Position numbers and translations under genes: made by a program. From Eledone cirrhosa (Eukaryota), in assembly GCA_964016885.1 (NCBI GenBank), contig OZ024741.1, positions 320,974,001 to 321,038,000 of the forward strand: a stretch of DNA of 64,000 nucleotides. Reading direction: 5' to 3'. The notes under the pieces were generated by a model, which saw only the letters and a program-made list of their open reading frames with translations, made no database searches and was not told where the DNA came from. Shown piece after piece: positions 49,787 through 64,000 of the stretch. Each line of letters starts with the position of its first letter. The first letter of the stretch is position 1.

Positions 49787-50817
49787 TTTTCTTTATTAAC
49801 CACAAGGGTTCACATGAAGTAGACATTAAGGACAGTACAGGACAATACAGGACGGTACAAATGGGCATTTCTGCGTGTAAAAAAACAGAGGTTGAAATAA
49901 AATAACAAAGAAAAATTCCCCAATAGGGGGGAGACTTCCAAGGGACATTTGTGAAGAAAGCCCATTAAAAGACCACAGTGGCCCTGACCACCAGGGCAAG
50001 TGCCCTCTCCCAGTTTTCCACCTTTAATTTACAGACACATACTCAGAGAAGGCCCATTCATTCGGGCCATTCTTGCCTCTCTCACCCATCTTTCAACAAA
50101 ATGCTGGGAAGAGAGCACTCCCCTCTCTACCCTGATTTTCCTTTTCAAATGAAATTTGAAAAAGTTAATCAGGGCATCACCGAAGAGGTAAGTGCTCGTC
50201 TTCAGCCCTTTCAAACGTGTCCACCATACTATCTCTTTCGCCATGGCCACAAGACAGATAAAAACTGCCTGCCCTTCCAGGCTAAAGGAAGGGGGCGGGG
50301 CAATCCTCACGATGGACTCAGCTGATAGCTGGATCCGTCCTACACGTGACAGCAGGTGTTCGACATAAACCCACAAGTCAGCAATGCTCGGACACTGGAC
50401 GAGTGCGTGCAGGACGGTTTCGTCGCCCTGCGCGCATCTCGGACATGCCCGGCTGACGGCACCTCCATGCCTGTAGAGTTTATCCCGAACTGGCAAAGCT
50501 CCTCGGTAGCACTGCCAGGCCAGGGATTTCTGGAAGTTGTCCATAGGCCCCGGCCCGAAAGTCCTTCCGAAGAGATTGGCTAGTTGATTTTCGTCGACGC
50601 CTAGAGTTTCTCCAAGTACGTCGTCGCTCTTCCCCTCCACTAATCCCCTATAGAACGCCAAGGTGGAGTTTCCACCGATCACATTGCTGTGAGCGCCTGA
50701 AGACATTCCAGTCTTCAAGCGCTCCCTCTCGGTCTTCGCTTGACCCAGGACTGCAGCTCCGTCAAGGAGACGAGCTGGGGAAAAACGTGTCTAGCAAACG
50801 GCGACCACACCTGATCA
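49711..50817 (-). mobile_element. 5'-truncated copy of the Tx1/L1-like LINE
   Basis: Near-identical to 39900-40977, with a small deletion near 50685 and an (ATT)n tail. Confidence 0.92.
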
Positions 50818-51958
50818 TAGGAAAAGGGAAGAAGACGCACGAGGTGGTAGAAGGTCATGAAATCGCTCCCGTAAGTTTTTGATTTTTAACATATTTAAAT
50901 CAATTCTTAGTACAAATGTTGCATAAACCACCGAATCAAGTCCCATCAAATTTCGGATCCATATTATATTGTTATATCGCTCAAATATTCAATTTTGTAT
51001 TATATATTTTGTATTCAAAAAAAGAAAATGGTTATAAATAGAAGAAAACACCCTCTGTCTACACTATATAGAACAGCCAAATAACAGCAATTTCACCAAA
51101 ACCAGAAACTTGATACACCACCTACCCCATCACACTAATTATAACAGCCAGATAACGGCAATTTCACCACCACCACCACCAATCCCAGCATCATAATAAT
51201 AATTACTATTATTATTGTCTCAACTTTTAACAAAATGCTTAATTCCAATTTTACGGGAATATGTCAACACAATACATATTAAACATACGAACACAAACTC
51301 ATAGATACTACATATCACAAAACTCAGTAACGACAACGCCACTGCCGCCACCACCCCATCCATCATTGCTACCACTATCCCATCACCGCCGCCACCACTC
51401 CTTCATTGCTACCACCACTATTCCCCTGTTAACTTGAGAGAGAAAGGGGAAGGTGGCGGTATCACTAGACAAGGGAGAGGCTAGCAAAAGATATAAATAG
51501 ATTGACTTAGTGACCTGGCCACCGGCCAAACCTCAACATAAACAACTATGGGACTGCTGGCTCATCCCTTCCTCACCAACAATATAAAAAGCCCCGGCAC
51601 CACCACCGACATAGCCAACAACAATAACAGGCAACTTCAGCAAAAAGTATATTATATTATTGTAATGCACTGGGTGATTGCTAGCCTTGTGCCTGGAGTG
51701 GAGACAATTATTAATAATTTCATTCTTAAGCCACGCAATGCTCACATTAAGGAACCACTCATGATAATAACAATTTAAAAAAAAAAAAAAAAAGAAAACC
51801 CCGTGACCAAGAAATACCGGGATAGCGGCCGGCGGGGAATAGCCATGTCTCTAGGGGAGAACGACCCCTCTAGTCTTGGTTGACACTCGTTCTAGAAGTG
51901 GTAACACGAAATGATTACCCCTTGGCGGATAAGGATAAAACGCGACAAAATAAAGTAA

Positions 51959-54900
51959 ATGTCAAATGATAAAATCTCATACCGGATCGGCCGTCACCCG
52001 GGTAAAAAAGGGCCGCGTCCCTCAGAGAGGAACCAGACTGGGGTCGAAAAATCAGCTAATGGTTCAAACCTTCCCATCACTTCGGAGCTGGAGACCTCCC
52101 ATAATCGGAATACTCCTACTGTTGGCCCTCCATGCTCACCACCAAGAAATCCAAAGAAAAAGAGAGAGAAATGGTCAAGGGAAGATAATAAAGAAGTCCT
52201 TGAGGCTTTCTACACTGCCATGTACTACCCATCAAATACATCGAATACAGAACAGACATATATCAACTGGAAAAAGAAACATCCCGAAAACAGAGGCTAT
52301 ATTGACAGTAACAAACTAGCCAATATACGAAGAAATATTGTAAGAAAAAAGTTACTAACTGATATAGAAATTGATCAGATCAAGCTATTAGCACAAAGTC
52401 AGCGAAGGGAAAATGAAACATGTGTCAGTAAAAACGAGGTAAATTGTAACACTTCGAATCCCAGGGTTGGGCAGGAATCACTGGCAACAGAACAAATTAA
52501 AGAAAGGATCGAAAAAGTGGAGGGAGTGCATGCTAAAGATGAAACTCCAAATGAAAATAATTGTTTCTACTTTTGCCACAAGGCCAGCAATTAACCAGTG
52601 TATTACTTTATTTTATCGACCCCGTAAGGATGAAAGGCAAAGTTAACCTCGGCGGCATTTGAACTCAGAATGGCAAGGGCCGTAACTCTATGCGTCAAGG
52701 CATGGCGTCCGAGCCTCTACCGATACTGCCAATCCACAATGAGATCGTAAATGATAAAGAAAAAAATGAGAATGAACTTGCCAACTTGAAGGATGAAATT
52801 ATGATCGAATGGATGAAAATGAAAGAATCTGACATGGGGCAACGAGACACCCTCCCTAAGATCCAGAACTCCAAACAGAACCAAAAGATAATACACAAGA
52901 CTAACATAATTCTCAAAAACATTATCATCACAAACAAACTAAACATTACTGATTTAATCATCTCTATTATGCATCGGCTAAAGTCACCACTCACTTATGT
53001 GGAGTGAAGATGAAAAAACAAAGGAATTCCCACAAGAAATCTAATTGGCAAGAGAACATCAATCGCCAAATAAACCTTCTCCGATCTGACATAGAAATTT
53101 TAACAAACTATAAAGTAGGTGAACATGTTAAACAAACTAAACTTAGAAAATTGAAAAAAAAGTACAGTATAAAATCAACATGTGACATAGACATGCTGAT
53201 AGAAATAATCAAGCAAAAAGTGTCGGCCAAAGCTGTTCGTATAAGGCGCTTTGAAAAACGATCTAGATTCTATAAGGACAATAATATGTTCAAAAACAAC
53301 CAAAGAAACTTCTACAGAAAAATTGGTAAGTCAACAATAACTGCTAAATCAATACCACCCAAGGAGGAAGTGCAAGAATTCTGGGAAAAGATCTGGGCCG
53401 AAGAAAAAGTTCATAACATACATGCCCCATGGATAGACAGAAAAATGAAAGATACAGCTCACCTTGAGGAACAAACATGGGAAAATATAACAGTTGAACA
53501 GTTGCGCTTGGCTCTAAGAAAAACCAGCAAATGGAAATCCCCAGGAAAAGACAAAATACAAAACTTTTGGATAAATGCCTTCACAGAGTCTCATGAGCTG
53601 TTAGCCCAACTTTACAATGAAATAGTTAAGGAGCCAGAAAAGATACCATCATGGCTAGTTAACGGCATTACATTCCTGCTTCCGAAGAATGATGAGACAA
53701 ACAATCCCAAAAATTACAGACCGATAACCTGCTTGACCACAATGTATAAAATTTTAACATCAGTCCTAACTGAATACACATATGACCACCTGATAACAAA
53801 TGACCTATTTCCCATTGAGCAGAAAGGGTGTAAACGAGGCTCATATGGCTGTAAGGATCAGCTTCTGGTTAACAAAATAATACTGGAAGATTGTCATAAT
53901 AGACACAAAAATCTATCGATTGCTTGGATAGATTATAAAAAAGCATTCGATAGTTTGCCACACAGTTGGATTGAAAAATGTTTAGAGATTTTCAAAATAT
54001 CCCCCGTTATCAGGAGGTTTTTGTCATTCAGTATGAAGACATGGAAAACGACACTCCTTTTGAATAGTGAAAAGGAATCACTGGAAGCTGGAGAAGTTAA
54101 TATTAATTGTGGAATTTTTCACGGTGACTCTTTATCACCGCTTTTATTCTGCATCGCACTTATATCATTAAGTAAAATGCTCAATGAAACAAAACATGGA
54201 TATAAAGTCTATGACAAAACCATTAATCACCTGTTCTACATGGATGACCTGAAACTATTTGCAAAAAATGATGAACAATTGCAAGAGCTATTATCCACTG
54301 TGGAGCAGTTCAGTGATGACATTAAAATGGAGTTTGGACTAGATAAATCGGCCAAAGCAACGTTCACCAGGGGAAAGCTGCTGAAAAGTTCAGACATTAA
54401 TCTTGATCGGGGGAACGTGATAAGAGAACTTGATCAAGAAAAAACTTACAAATATCTAGGTGTTTGTGAAGGAGACGGAATCAAGCACTCGACAATGAGG
54501 GAAAGGATAAGGAAGGAATGTTACCGCAGAGTAAGAGCAATCTTAAGAACGGAATTGAATGCAAGGAATAGGATCGATGCCATAAACACGCTTGCCATAC
54601 CAGTAGTAACCTACAGTTACAATGTCATCAACTGGTCAAGCATAGAGATCCGTAGGCTCGATACAAAAATTCGAAAATTCTTAACCATGCACAGAATGCA
54701 TCACCCTAAGGCAGATATAGATAGAATATATCTCCCTAGGAAAGAAGGGGGACGTGGGTTAATCAAGTTAGACATTGCGTTGAAAACTGCAACAATTGGA
54801 TTATCTACATATCTAAGGGAATCGCATGATTGGATGATCAAACTCGTTTTGAAACACGAAAGCATCAAAAGATCATATTCCATTACAAAAGATGCACAAA

Positions 54901-55787
54901 GATACAGTAATGGACTACAAATTTCAGAAGTCCCATTTACTGATGAAATGGAAAACACATAAAAAGCAAAGCAGGTAAAAGTAACTGCAAAGAAAGAACT
55001 GCTACAGAAACTGGCTAAGAAATGGCAAGAAAAGCCTCTGTATGGAAAATACCCAGAGCGAGCTAACAATCCTGATGTGGACAAAACTTTAACCCATCAG
55101 TGGTTGGCATCCTCTGGACTGAAATCGGAGACTGAAGGACTGATTATATCAGCACAAGATCAGTGTCTGCCAACAAAAAATTACCAAGCCAACATAATAA
55201 AAAATGGATGCAGCCCATTATGCCGTGTATGCAAAAAACAACCAGAGACCATTGACCATATAATCTCAATGTGCAGTCCTATAGCTCCAACCGAATACCT
55301 AAACAGACATGACAGAGCTGCACAATACATACATTGGATAATGTGTAAGCATTTTGACCTGCCCCATCAAAAGAATTGGTGGGAGCATCAACCACCTCCC
55401 ATACTTGAAAAAGATCACATCTCAATCTTGTGGAACTTTAGCATCCAAACAGACCGAAAAATAGATGCAAATAGACCAGATATAATATTGAAGGACTTTC
55501 AAAAGAGGGTATGCCTGCTAATTGATATGTCCGTTCCAATAGACAAGAATGTATCTATAAAAACATTTGAAAAATTGAGCAAGTATAAGGACCTGAAGAT
55601 AGAAATTGGAAAAATGAGGAAATTGAGAACTAAAACAATACCAGTGGTTGTAGGCGCTCTGGGAATGATACCTAAGGGGTCTAATGATTACTTATCGCAA
55701 ATCCCAGGAAACCCGCGTATAGGAGAAATACAAAAGATAGTACTAATGGGAACTGCCCATATACTAAGGAAGATTCTGTCAATATAA
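51959..55787 (+). pseudogene. Single RT-RLE ORF disrupted by a SINE, a frameshift and an in-frame TAA at 54960-54962
   Basis: ORFs 51959-52594, 53004-54962 and 55077-55787; the last two are in the same frame. Confidence 0.88.
52555..52741 (-). mobile_element. tRNA-derived SINE inserted in the Dong/R4-like ORF
   Basis: Full head-to-tail match to 15641-15864 and 31848-32052. Confidence 0.88.
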
Positions 55788-56074
55788 GTACATCACAAGT
55801 CTAAACACTAAAGATGCATGTGTGAGTATGTATGTTCTTTCTTGAACATGGCAGACCTTGTTGTCTCTTGAGGTCACTGGTTGTGACTTGGTGATAACTC
55901 GTATGAACATAAAGCAAGATAAATGCAACTGTAATAATAATAATAGTACACTATTAATAATTATTAATGCACTCGTGCAATGCCTGTGCGTGACGAATAT
56001 TTTTAAAGTGAGGAAAGACTGTGCACTGAGCCAATCCCACTTTCTGAGCGACAGTAGCTATAACCCGAAAAGAA

Positions 56075-56250
56075 GAAAAGATCAACATCATCGGTAACTA
56101 CTGAGCCGCAGGTTTTATGTCGGAGTTAACCCAGTTTCCTGAGATGCCTTCTCCTAGAAGAATGCCCTGACAAGGGCTAGGGGTTCTTCACTCCCAGTGG
56201 TTTAACTGCGCGATCGGGCATCCAGCCCGATTATTTCTGTCCCCGCGCAA
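56075..56250 (-). mobile_element. RTE-type 5' UTR fragment
   Basis: ctagcccttgtcagggcattcttctaggagaaggcatctc...aactccgacataaaacctgc, homologous to 39715-39795. Confidence 0.55.
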
Positions 56251-56390
56251 AAAAAAAAAAATAAATAAATAAAAAAAATGTTAAAAAAATTAAAAAATAA
56301 AAAATAATAATAACATTCATACATACATACATACATACATACATACATACATACATACATACATACATACATACATACATACATACATAC

Positions 56391-57236
56391 AAAGTTTTGC
56401 ATGGATACTTGAGGCTTAAAACACAGACCATAGAGGGGATAAACCACTCAAAAAGCCTGGCATGGAGTTCCGACAAGTTTATGACATCACACCTTGAGGG
56501 ATATCTCTATGCAATACAGGAACAAGAACTCCCTACCAAATATCTGCTGCACAAAAGAGGAGGGCCAGCAGCTGACAATAAATGTAGGCTATGTAAAACA
56601 AAGATCGAGGATGTAAGCCACATTGTTGCCAGCTGCGAAAGAATGTCATCTCGCTACTACCTCCCCATGAGACACGATGGGATAGCTAGAACCATCTGGA
56701 ACGCACTTCGGAAAACAAAATTAACAACAAACGAGGAGGAATATATTAAGACAGATGGCACTAAGGAATACTGGTGGAACCTGAAAATAAAAACTGCCAC
56801 CAAATTAAAGCACAACCGGCCTGATATTGTTGTTTGGGACCACACATTGAAAACGTGTTCTGTTGTGGAGATCAGCTGCCCACTTGATGTAAACGTTGTC
56901 AGAAAAATACAGGAGAAGGAGGACATCTACGGACCATTGATGAGGAGTTTACAAATCCAGTATCCAAGATACACCTTTAGTTTCATACCCATCATTATTG
57001 GAGCTACGGGTTATATACCAACCCGCTTAGACCAAAGTATGACTGAACTTGGATTTGCGGACAAAGAGCGCAGCTCCCTAATTCATAGTCTACAAATGGC
57101 TGCGATAGCCGGTACCGTCAAAATTTGCAAAGCATTCTTGCGATTCAAGGGATGACAATTTCTTTTCTTTTACAACCTTGCCACCAGGAAGGTGGCCGGT
57201 CAAAAAAATATACTCGAAATTAAGAGAAAGAGACAC
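56391..57236 (+). mobile_element. 5'-truncated RLE-type LINE (CCHC + PD-(D/E)xK nuclease) between (TACA)n tracts
   Basis: Open ORF 56397..57155: AIQEQ, CRLC..EDVSHIVASC, RHD, NRPDIVVWD..VVEISCP. Confidence 0.85.
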
Positions 57237-57375
57237 ATACATACATACATACATACATACATAAATATTTACCTAGTTGTCTAAATTCCAATTAAAGAGT
57301 TTTGTTTCTATGTTGGAAACTGGCTTCTCCCTCTATTCGGGAAAATTTATAAAATAATAGACCCAGAATATAAAT

Positions 57376-57800
57376 ACATACATACATACATACATACATA
57401 CATACATACATACATACATACATACATACATACATACATACATACATACATACATACATACATGATGGCTGCAACTCGATTATGATTAATGCCATCACTT
57501 AATACTTAAGTATGAGCATGACGGATGTGACTTTTTAGTCCTGCTGGGGATTTGCCTATGGCCAGCAATGCCATACATCACAAAAAATGTTACATATCAA
57601 GCGAAGCCTGTGCTTGAAGCTTTTTAAGTGAAGAAAGGTTTTGCACGGGGCCAATCCAACTCTCTGAATATCGAATACATTTACCCAAAACGTAGAACTG
57701 GTCTACATTATTGGATGCAAACGAAGTTGCATGTTTAAATTAGAGTGACCTTCCCCAAGAGAGATGTCTTACTGAAGACTAGGAGGCTCTCGCTCCACAA
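57376..57800 (-). mobile_element. Diverged copy of the bipartite RTE-derived element
   Basis: Colinear with 39325-39802 (atggtggctgccaactcg.., gtgatttttagtcc.., gaagctttt.., ttggat..gttgca..). Confidence 0.55.
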
Positions 57801-60500
57801 TAAAAAAAAATACATACATACATGTACATATTAATGTTACAATAGAGAAAAGAAAAAGCACGCCTGCATATACATGTATGTGTGCACACAAGGTAACGGG
57901 GAAACTCGAAATGCAGGAGATTGCAGTCGAATCACTTTTCAAACCTTGTTCTACGTCTTAAAAATACAAAATCCTTATACAGGTTAAAGTAATATTGTAC
58001 TAGAAGAATAAGACAGGAGGTGTGGGTGGCGGCTTGATTTCCCTCGATTGTTAAACACTTAACATGCAGTAAAACCTCTCGCACTCAGTAAAATATGTTC
58101 ATCGTCGATGAATGACAGACACATAATTAGGGCGACAGTACTAGTTTTATTACTACCAAAGTAATTTCTTTTGACAAAGTTTTCAAAATTCACAGAGAAA
58201 TATCCCACACACTCCACCAAACAACATTATTTTAAATTAATCCAGAAAACTTCACGACCATAACAATATTGATAACAACAGCAGCAACAACAGCATCGCT
58301 AAAAACATAAATACCATTATCACTCTTCACAGTGCCAAAATTCCGTCCAGAATTTACTTCAAAATAAACGTGTTTCACACAGAAATTGACTTCGTACATA
58401 TAAAACGAAATGTTTTAAAATTTTGTTATTTAGCCTTAAAAATGCGAATTAAAACTAACAATATCATCCATGGTATTGATGTTGGTATAATTCAGAAAGC
58501 ATTCTCATAAACGAAAGATTGAACGACTATCATTCTAAATCATACCCAATTATAACTAGACAGGCCCTTTCAAAACTGTGATAGTTTTATAACATACTAA
58601 AAATCTTTCTTTCAACATAAATATATCACGAATGACATTTGTAAACTAATAGAAAATGATAGTCGATTAAAAATGTAGGTATTCAAACTGAAGCCTAGCA
58701 ATGCGAATATACTAATATATTAAATATATAGATTATATTTCAGTAAACGTCACACTAATCATACCGCCAGATTACAAACCTCATCTATAACATTTTAACA
58801 CTCTCAATCACCGTAACCAGACGAGACGTCAAAGTATACAACACCTCTTGGTTTTCAAATGTCATTACATGAAAAACCACCGCCAAAGACCCAAGCACGT
58901 ATACCTGATGGTCCACGATAAATATATCCTAAATGTATCCAACTCAGCCTATTATGTAAATGAATACACACAAAATGAACAACAAAATCAGTAAACCTGT
59001 TAGCCCCAAACACTGTACAAGGAAGCACACAACTAATTGCCGACGAACAACAAGTATCATGCTACGCCGAGCCCATCTTACCCACCGATCCAACGTCATC
59101 CAATACAATTTCTCAAGATTCCAAACCAAGAATTTAATTCATTGGTCAAATCTCTCCTGATTTCTAACATCCATGAACTCTGGCCCAACTTAGACCCCAC
59201 ACATTACTCGCACGCAAATCCCACAGCCCAATCCTAGCCGCGACATAATCCCTTCAAACCATAACTTTTGTCCATCACAGATTGTTAGGTTACATTCTTT
59301 ACTCAAACTTCACTCTGGGTGTGTCTTTTTTGCATACATAGATCCTACTCTTCACGAAACCCACCTCTCTCAATTGCATATACACTGATCAAAAGAGGTT
59401 TCAGCCACTTGTAAAAGTATATTTGCTTCTACAGCTCACCACACTCCCTTATCCACAAAAATCTCTTCGACTATAAAGCTTTCTGCATTGACAACATTTA
59501 TTCTTCACCATTGTACAAAGTCTTCGTCTTTAGTGACAATTCTCACAACATTGCTTTGATCTCACACTCATTTAAATATTCAAATCTGCACATCAGATAC
59601 TTTCATTCCCTACACGAATCCCTATCGACAAACAGATACTACAAATTTGTTTCATCTCTTTCTTACCTCAAAACCCAGATTTTGCCAAACCATAATGTCT
59701 CATCACCAGTCGAGTTTTCTAGTTACTGTCTTATCACAACTACCCTACGCATATCCACATGCTACAAAATGACGACTATGACCCCAAGCAAATTTTTACC
59801 GGGGCTTCACGAGGTCTATGCAAATAATCAATGACAGCACATACAATTCTAACCTGATCCATCCGAAAAAGCTAGGCGTAGGACTAAAACGATTCATTTA
59901 AGTGCGACCCCATCAATCTACACACCACACATCCATTGCTCCGACATTACCAAGTAGTTCACACATGGCTGCATATCAGCAGGTCAAGCAGAAAGCAAGT
60001 ACTACAACTTTTAAAGAAAGTCACACACCCCGATATTGGACAACTGTTGTACAGTACTGAAATCTTGCAACAGCAACATTCCTCCGTGCATCACACAACC
60101 CACGAGCTTTCTCACCTATTAAACTTCAGTCATTAATTCTGGTTCGTAAAAAATGATCTCTACCAACTTTGCGCAAACCACCTTTTCAGCATTTCTCAAA
60201 CATAATGGTTTTATGAGCAGTACACTCCCGTATATATATATATATATATATATTTTAAAAAATGGTCAAGTGATACACATAACTGTGACACTTAGTGCCT
60301 TCGTGGGCCCCTGATATATTCAAGAGATATATTCTAAAAAAATATATATCTTATCTCAATTTACTTTATTTCATTTTATTTTATTTATTTCATTTCATGT
60401 TATCTAATTTTATTTATTTACTTATTTAACTCCATTTATTTATTTATTTATTTATTTAAATTTAAAATTTTAATTTTAATTTTATTTATTTATTTAATTT

Positions 60501-60540
<40 letters not shown>

Positions 60541-61135
60541 TTACATTTAATTACATTTAATTATACATTTAATTATATCTTATATTATATTATTTTAATT
60601 TAGTCTATGTTATTTGATTTTAGTTTACCTTATTTTATCTTATTTTATGATTATATTATATTATGTTCTATTTTATATAATTTTAATTTTAATTTTATAT
60701 TATTTTATCTCATTCCTTACCCTGTATCACTATTATCTGTATATTTTATATTTTATATGTAAGTTTGTTATGTATTTCTTTATATTTTCTTATATATATT
60801 ATAAGTCTGTTTTTCACCCATTTTTTACCTACTCTTACCTAATCCCATCTATCTTATCTACTCTTGTCTGTTCTCTTATCCATGTGTATGCTTGTATGTA
60901 ACTATATGTTGACAGCACCCCGCCCAACTGTGACTGATAGCACCCCTTATTTTTCATTGCTTATTTTTTACTGTTTATTTTATTATCTTATTTTTATCTT
61001 TATTTTTATTTTTATTTTTATTCTTATCTTTATTTTTACTTTTACTTCCTTAATATCCTTTATCGTCTATTATTATTTTTCATTCTTCAATGTCTTGGAT
61101 TTGTTATTGCTTGTATGGTATGTAATTAATCTTTA

Positions 61136-61181
61136 TGCTCTGATGAGTCCCACTTATAGTGCGGATGAAACAATGTTAGCA
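61136..61181 (+). ncRNA. Type I HHR (family K)
   Basis: TGCT-CTGATGA-GTCCCACT(tat)AGTGcGGAT-GAAA-C(aat)G-TT-AGCA. Stem I extends ctttat/gtaaag. Confidence 0.75.
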
Positions 61182-61315
61182 AGTAAAGATATGCATATGC
61201 TATAGGCGTTCTTTGTTATTTATTATATCGCGGCTCTGTCCTCAGACATTGAGCTAACCTTATACTGCCTGCTGGATAAGTGGAGTGTTATACACCCCTG
61301 ATCCTCTCCCTAGTA

Positions 61316-61394
<79 letters not shown>

Positions 61395-61478
61395 AATATA
61401 TATATATACATATATATATATATACATATATATATGTATATACATATATATATACATATATAACATTGAAAATAAGAC

Positions 61479-61519
<41 letters not shown>

Positions 61520-61656
61520 CATATATATATGTATATACATATATATATACATATATAACATTGAAAATAAGACCAAATACTGTTAATTATATCATGTTGA
61601 AAATTTTCTTAACCTACTTTTAACTGTTTTCGTATTTGAAAACGACTTGCTCTATA

Positions 61657-62480
<824 letters not shown>

Positions 62481-62984
62481 GAGAGGTATAGAGATTGTTT
62501 TATATATATATATAGGTGAGACGTTACTAGTTAAGACCAATAAGACTAATATTGAACTTCGTACTTAAGAAACGTGATTTTCTGCCCTAAGTTGAAGCTA
62601 TTTACCATTTCGACAACAAATCAGAAAATAGATGTAATTGATTTAATTTGATTGAAATCTATCCCTTCGGGGGCGTGGATATAATTTGATTGCCACGTCG
62701 GAGGAACGTATCAGAAAGGAAATGTATAAAAAAGAAAACAAAAGGAGGTATTTGTTCAAAATTGACAAACGTGTACATTAGAGTATGGATAAACTGAGGG
62801 AGATGAATAAATGAAGGAATATATTGTTCAAATCTATCTCTTTGGGGCGTGGTTTTGATTTGATTGAGAGATGGGGTAAATTATGAGAAATGGACTGTAT
62901 GATGTGACCATTCACTTATAAAAAATGGACAAACGAATACATCAGAGTATGGATGAAGTGATGGAGAAGATAGGTAGAAGGAAT

Positions 62985-63420
62985 GTATGGAAACAAAAGA
63001 TATGGAGGTTAATATCAGAAAGACAAATGTGGTAGCAATTCTTATAGCATTTGGTGAGATGGAAATGACATTAATATGGCCCTGATCACTGCGCCGGGCG
63101 TTGGACTGAACTCCGTTAATTGTACAGTATAGGCGTTGGATGAGTACATAAAAATGTGGTTGTGTAAGATGATTATTATATAATGTGGAATATGTATATG
63201 GGGAACTTTAGATTGAGGGGCTGTTGTGCTGGATCTTAGAGATGCCGTGAAATGGCATGAAAATGTTTTGTTACCTAATAGACATATTGAATGGAGAAGG
63301 CGAATCGGACTCGGTGACGGTAGCCAGAGTAGCATCGGAAACTGAATAGAAAAATGTACATGTGAGAGGTATTATGATTTATGGGGGCGAGTCATGGATA
63401 AATAATATGGAACAGCAAAG
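62985..63420 (+). pseudogene. Decayed RTE-like LINE fragment
   Basis: MEVNIRKTNVV, a CAPGVGLNSVNCT Cys-rich insert, and VRGIMIYGGESW. Confidence 0.55.
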
Positions 63421-64000
63421 AAGGCCAGGGAGAACTGAAATGAGTATGGTCGGTAGATAAACAGAGTATCGTTCTGGGAGAGGAAGACAAACAGTGAATT
63501 GCGAAGAATGATGAGAATGGGGAAGACAAATTGAATGAGAAGGTTGGGCCATGTGTTAATAAAGGGTGGGTGTGACTGAATGAGAAATGTGATGGGAATG
63601 AATTCGAGGCTAGGGATGGCGAAGAAAGAAATGGATAAAGACAATGGAAGAGGAAATGAAAACCAGGGTTAGTGAGAGCTGTGCAGACGATATGTGGTAG
63701 TGGTGGTGGTGCTGATGGTGAAGGTAGTGGTAGTGGTGGTGGTAGTGGTGATGAGGCTGATGATGATGATGATGATGATGAGAATAACGTAGCAGAGAAA
63801 TATAAGAGAATGTAGACAACAAATATTCAAACATTAATGAAACTCTCACTTTGTTTTTATGTTTTTATGTTAGTTGATCTTGTATGTCATATCAATATTG
63901 GCTTGCTTCGCTTTTATGTTTGTTATCCTATTCTGTAGTATCGATATTGCTTAGGCCGTTAGACATATATATATTTATTGATGCGACGTAAAGAAACTTA

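Larger units (their letters stand above)
51794..55945 (+). mobile_element. Dong/R4-like RLE non-LTR retrotransposon, near full length
   Basis: REKWSREDN N-terminus; RT NYRPITCL, WIDYKKAFDS, GIFHGDSLSP, LFYMDD; CRVC..ETIDHIISMC, RHD, RPDII..LIDMSVP. 3' end runs into (TAA)n. Confidence 0.9.

Noticed and set aside
56100-56205. HDV-like ribozyme in the RTE-type 5' UTR (also considered at 51800-51930)
   Set aside because: I could not build the nested double pseudoknot by eye; it needs a descriptor search.
62655-62990. Diverged about 175-bp direct repeat
   Set aside because: Old local duplication with no informative motif.

Overview
AT-rich eukaryotic genomic DNA made almost entirely of transposable elements and microsatellites. 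The tRNA-derived SINEs and (TA)n/(TACA)n/(CA)n density suggest an octopus, but this is inference. I found no supportable host protein-coding gene; most short ORFs in the track are microsatellite artefacts. Recognisable elements are: four Penelope-like retroelements (PLEs; RT and/or GIY-YIG), three of them with inverted fold-back copies of their own 3' ends; a full-length Tx1/L1-like LINE plus two fragments; a near-intact RTE LINE; an RTE fragment with a 5' inversion; a near-full-length Dong/R4-like RLE LINE and related fragments; a CRE-like 3' fragment; two Helitron derivatives; a hAT MITE; many SINEs; and a U6 pseudogene. The main result comes from reading both strands by eye: about 22 type I hammerhead ribozyme (HHR) motifs in about 11 unrelated families. 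Several lie in non-coding 370-545 nt units present as terminally redundant 1.07-, 1.3- or 1.9-mers inside (TA)n tracts. That is the expected footprint of circular-RNA (retrozyme-like) elements copied by PLE reverse transcriptase. One multicopy family has a non-canonical CAGAAGA core. All structures were folded by eye and none has been tested; coordinates are approximate to a few nt.
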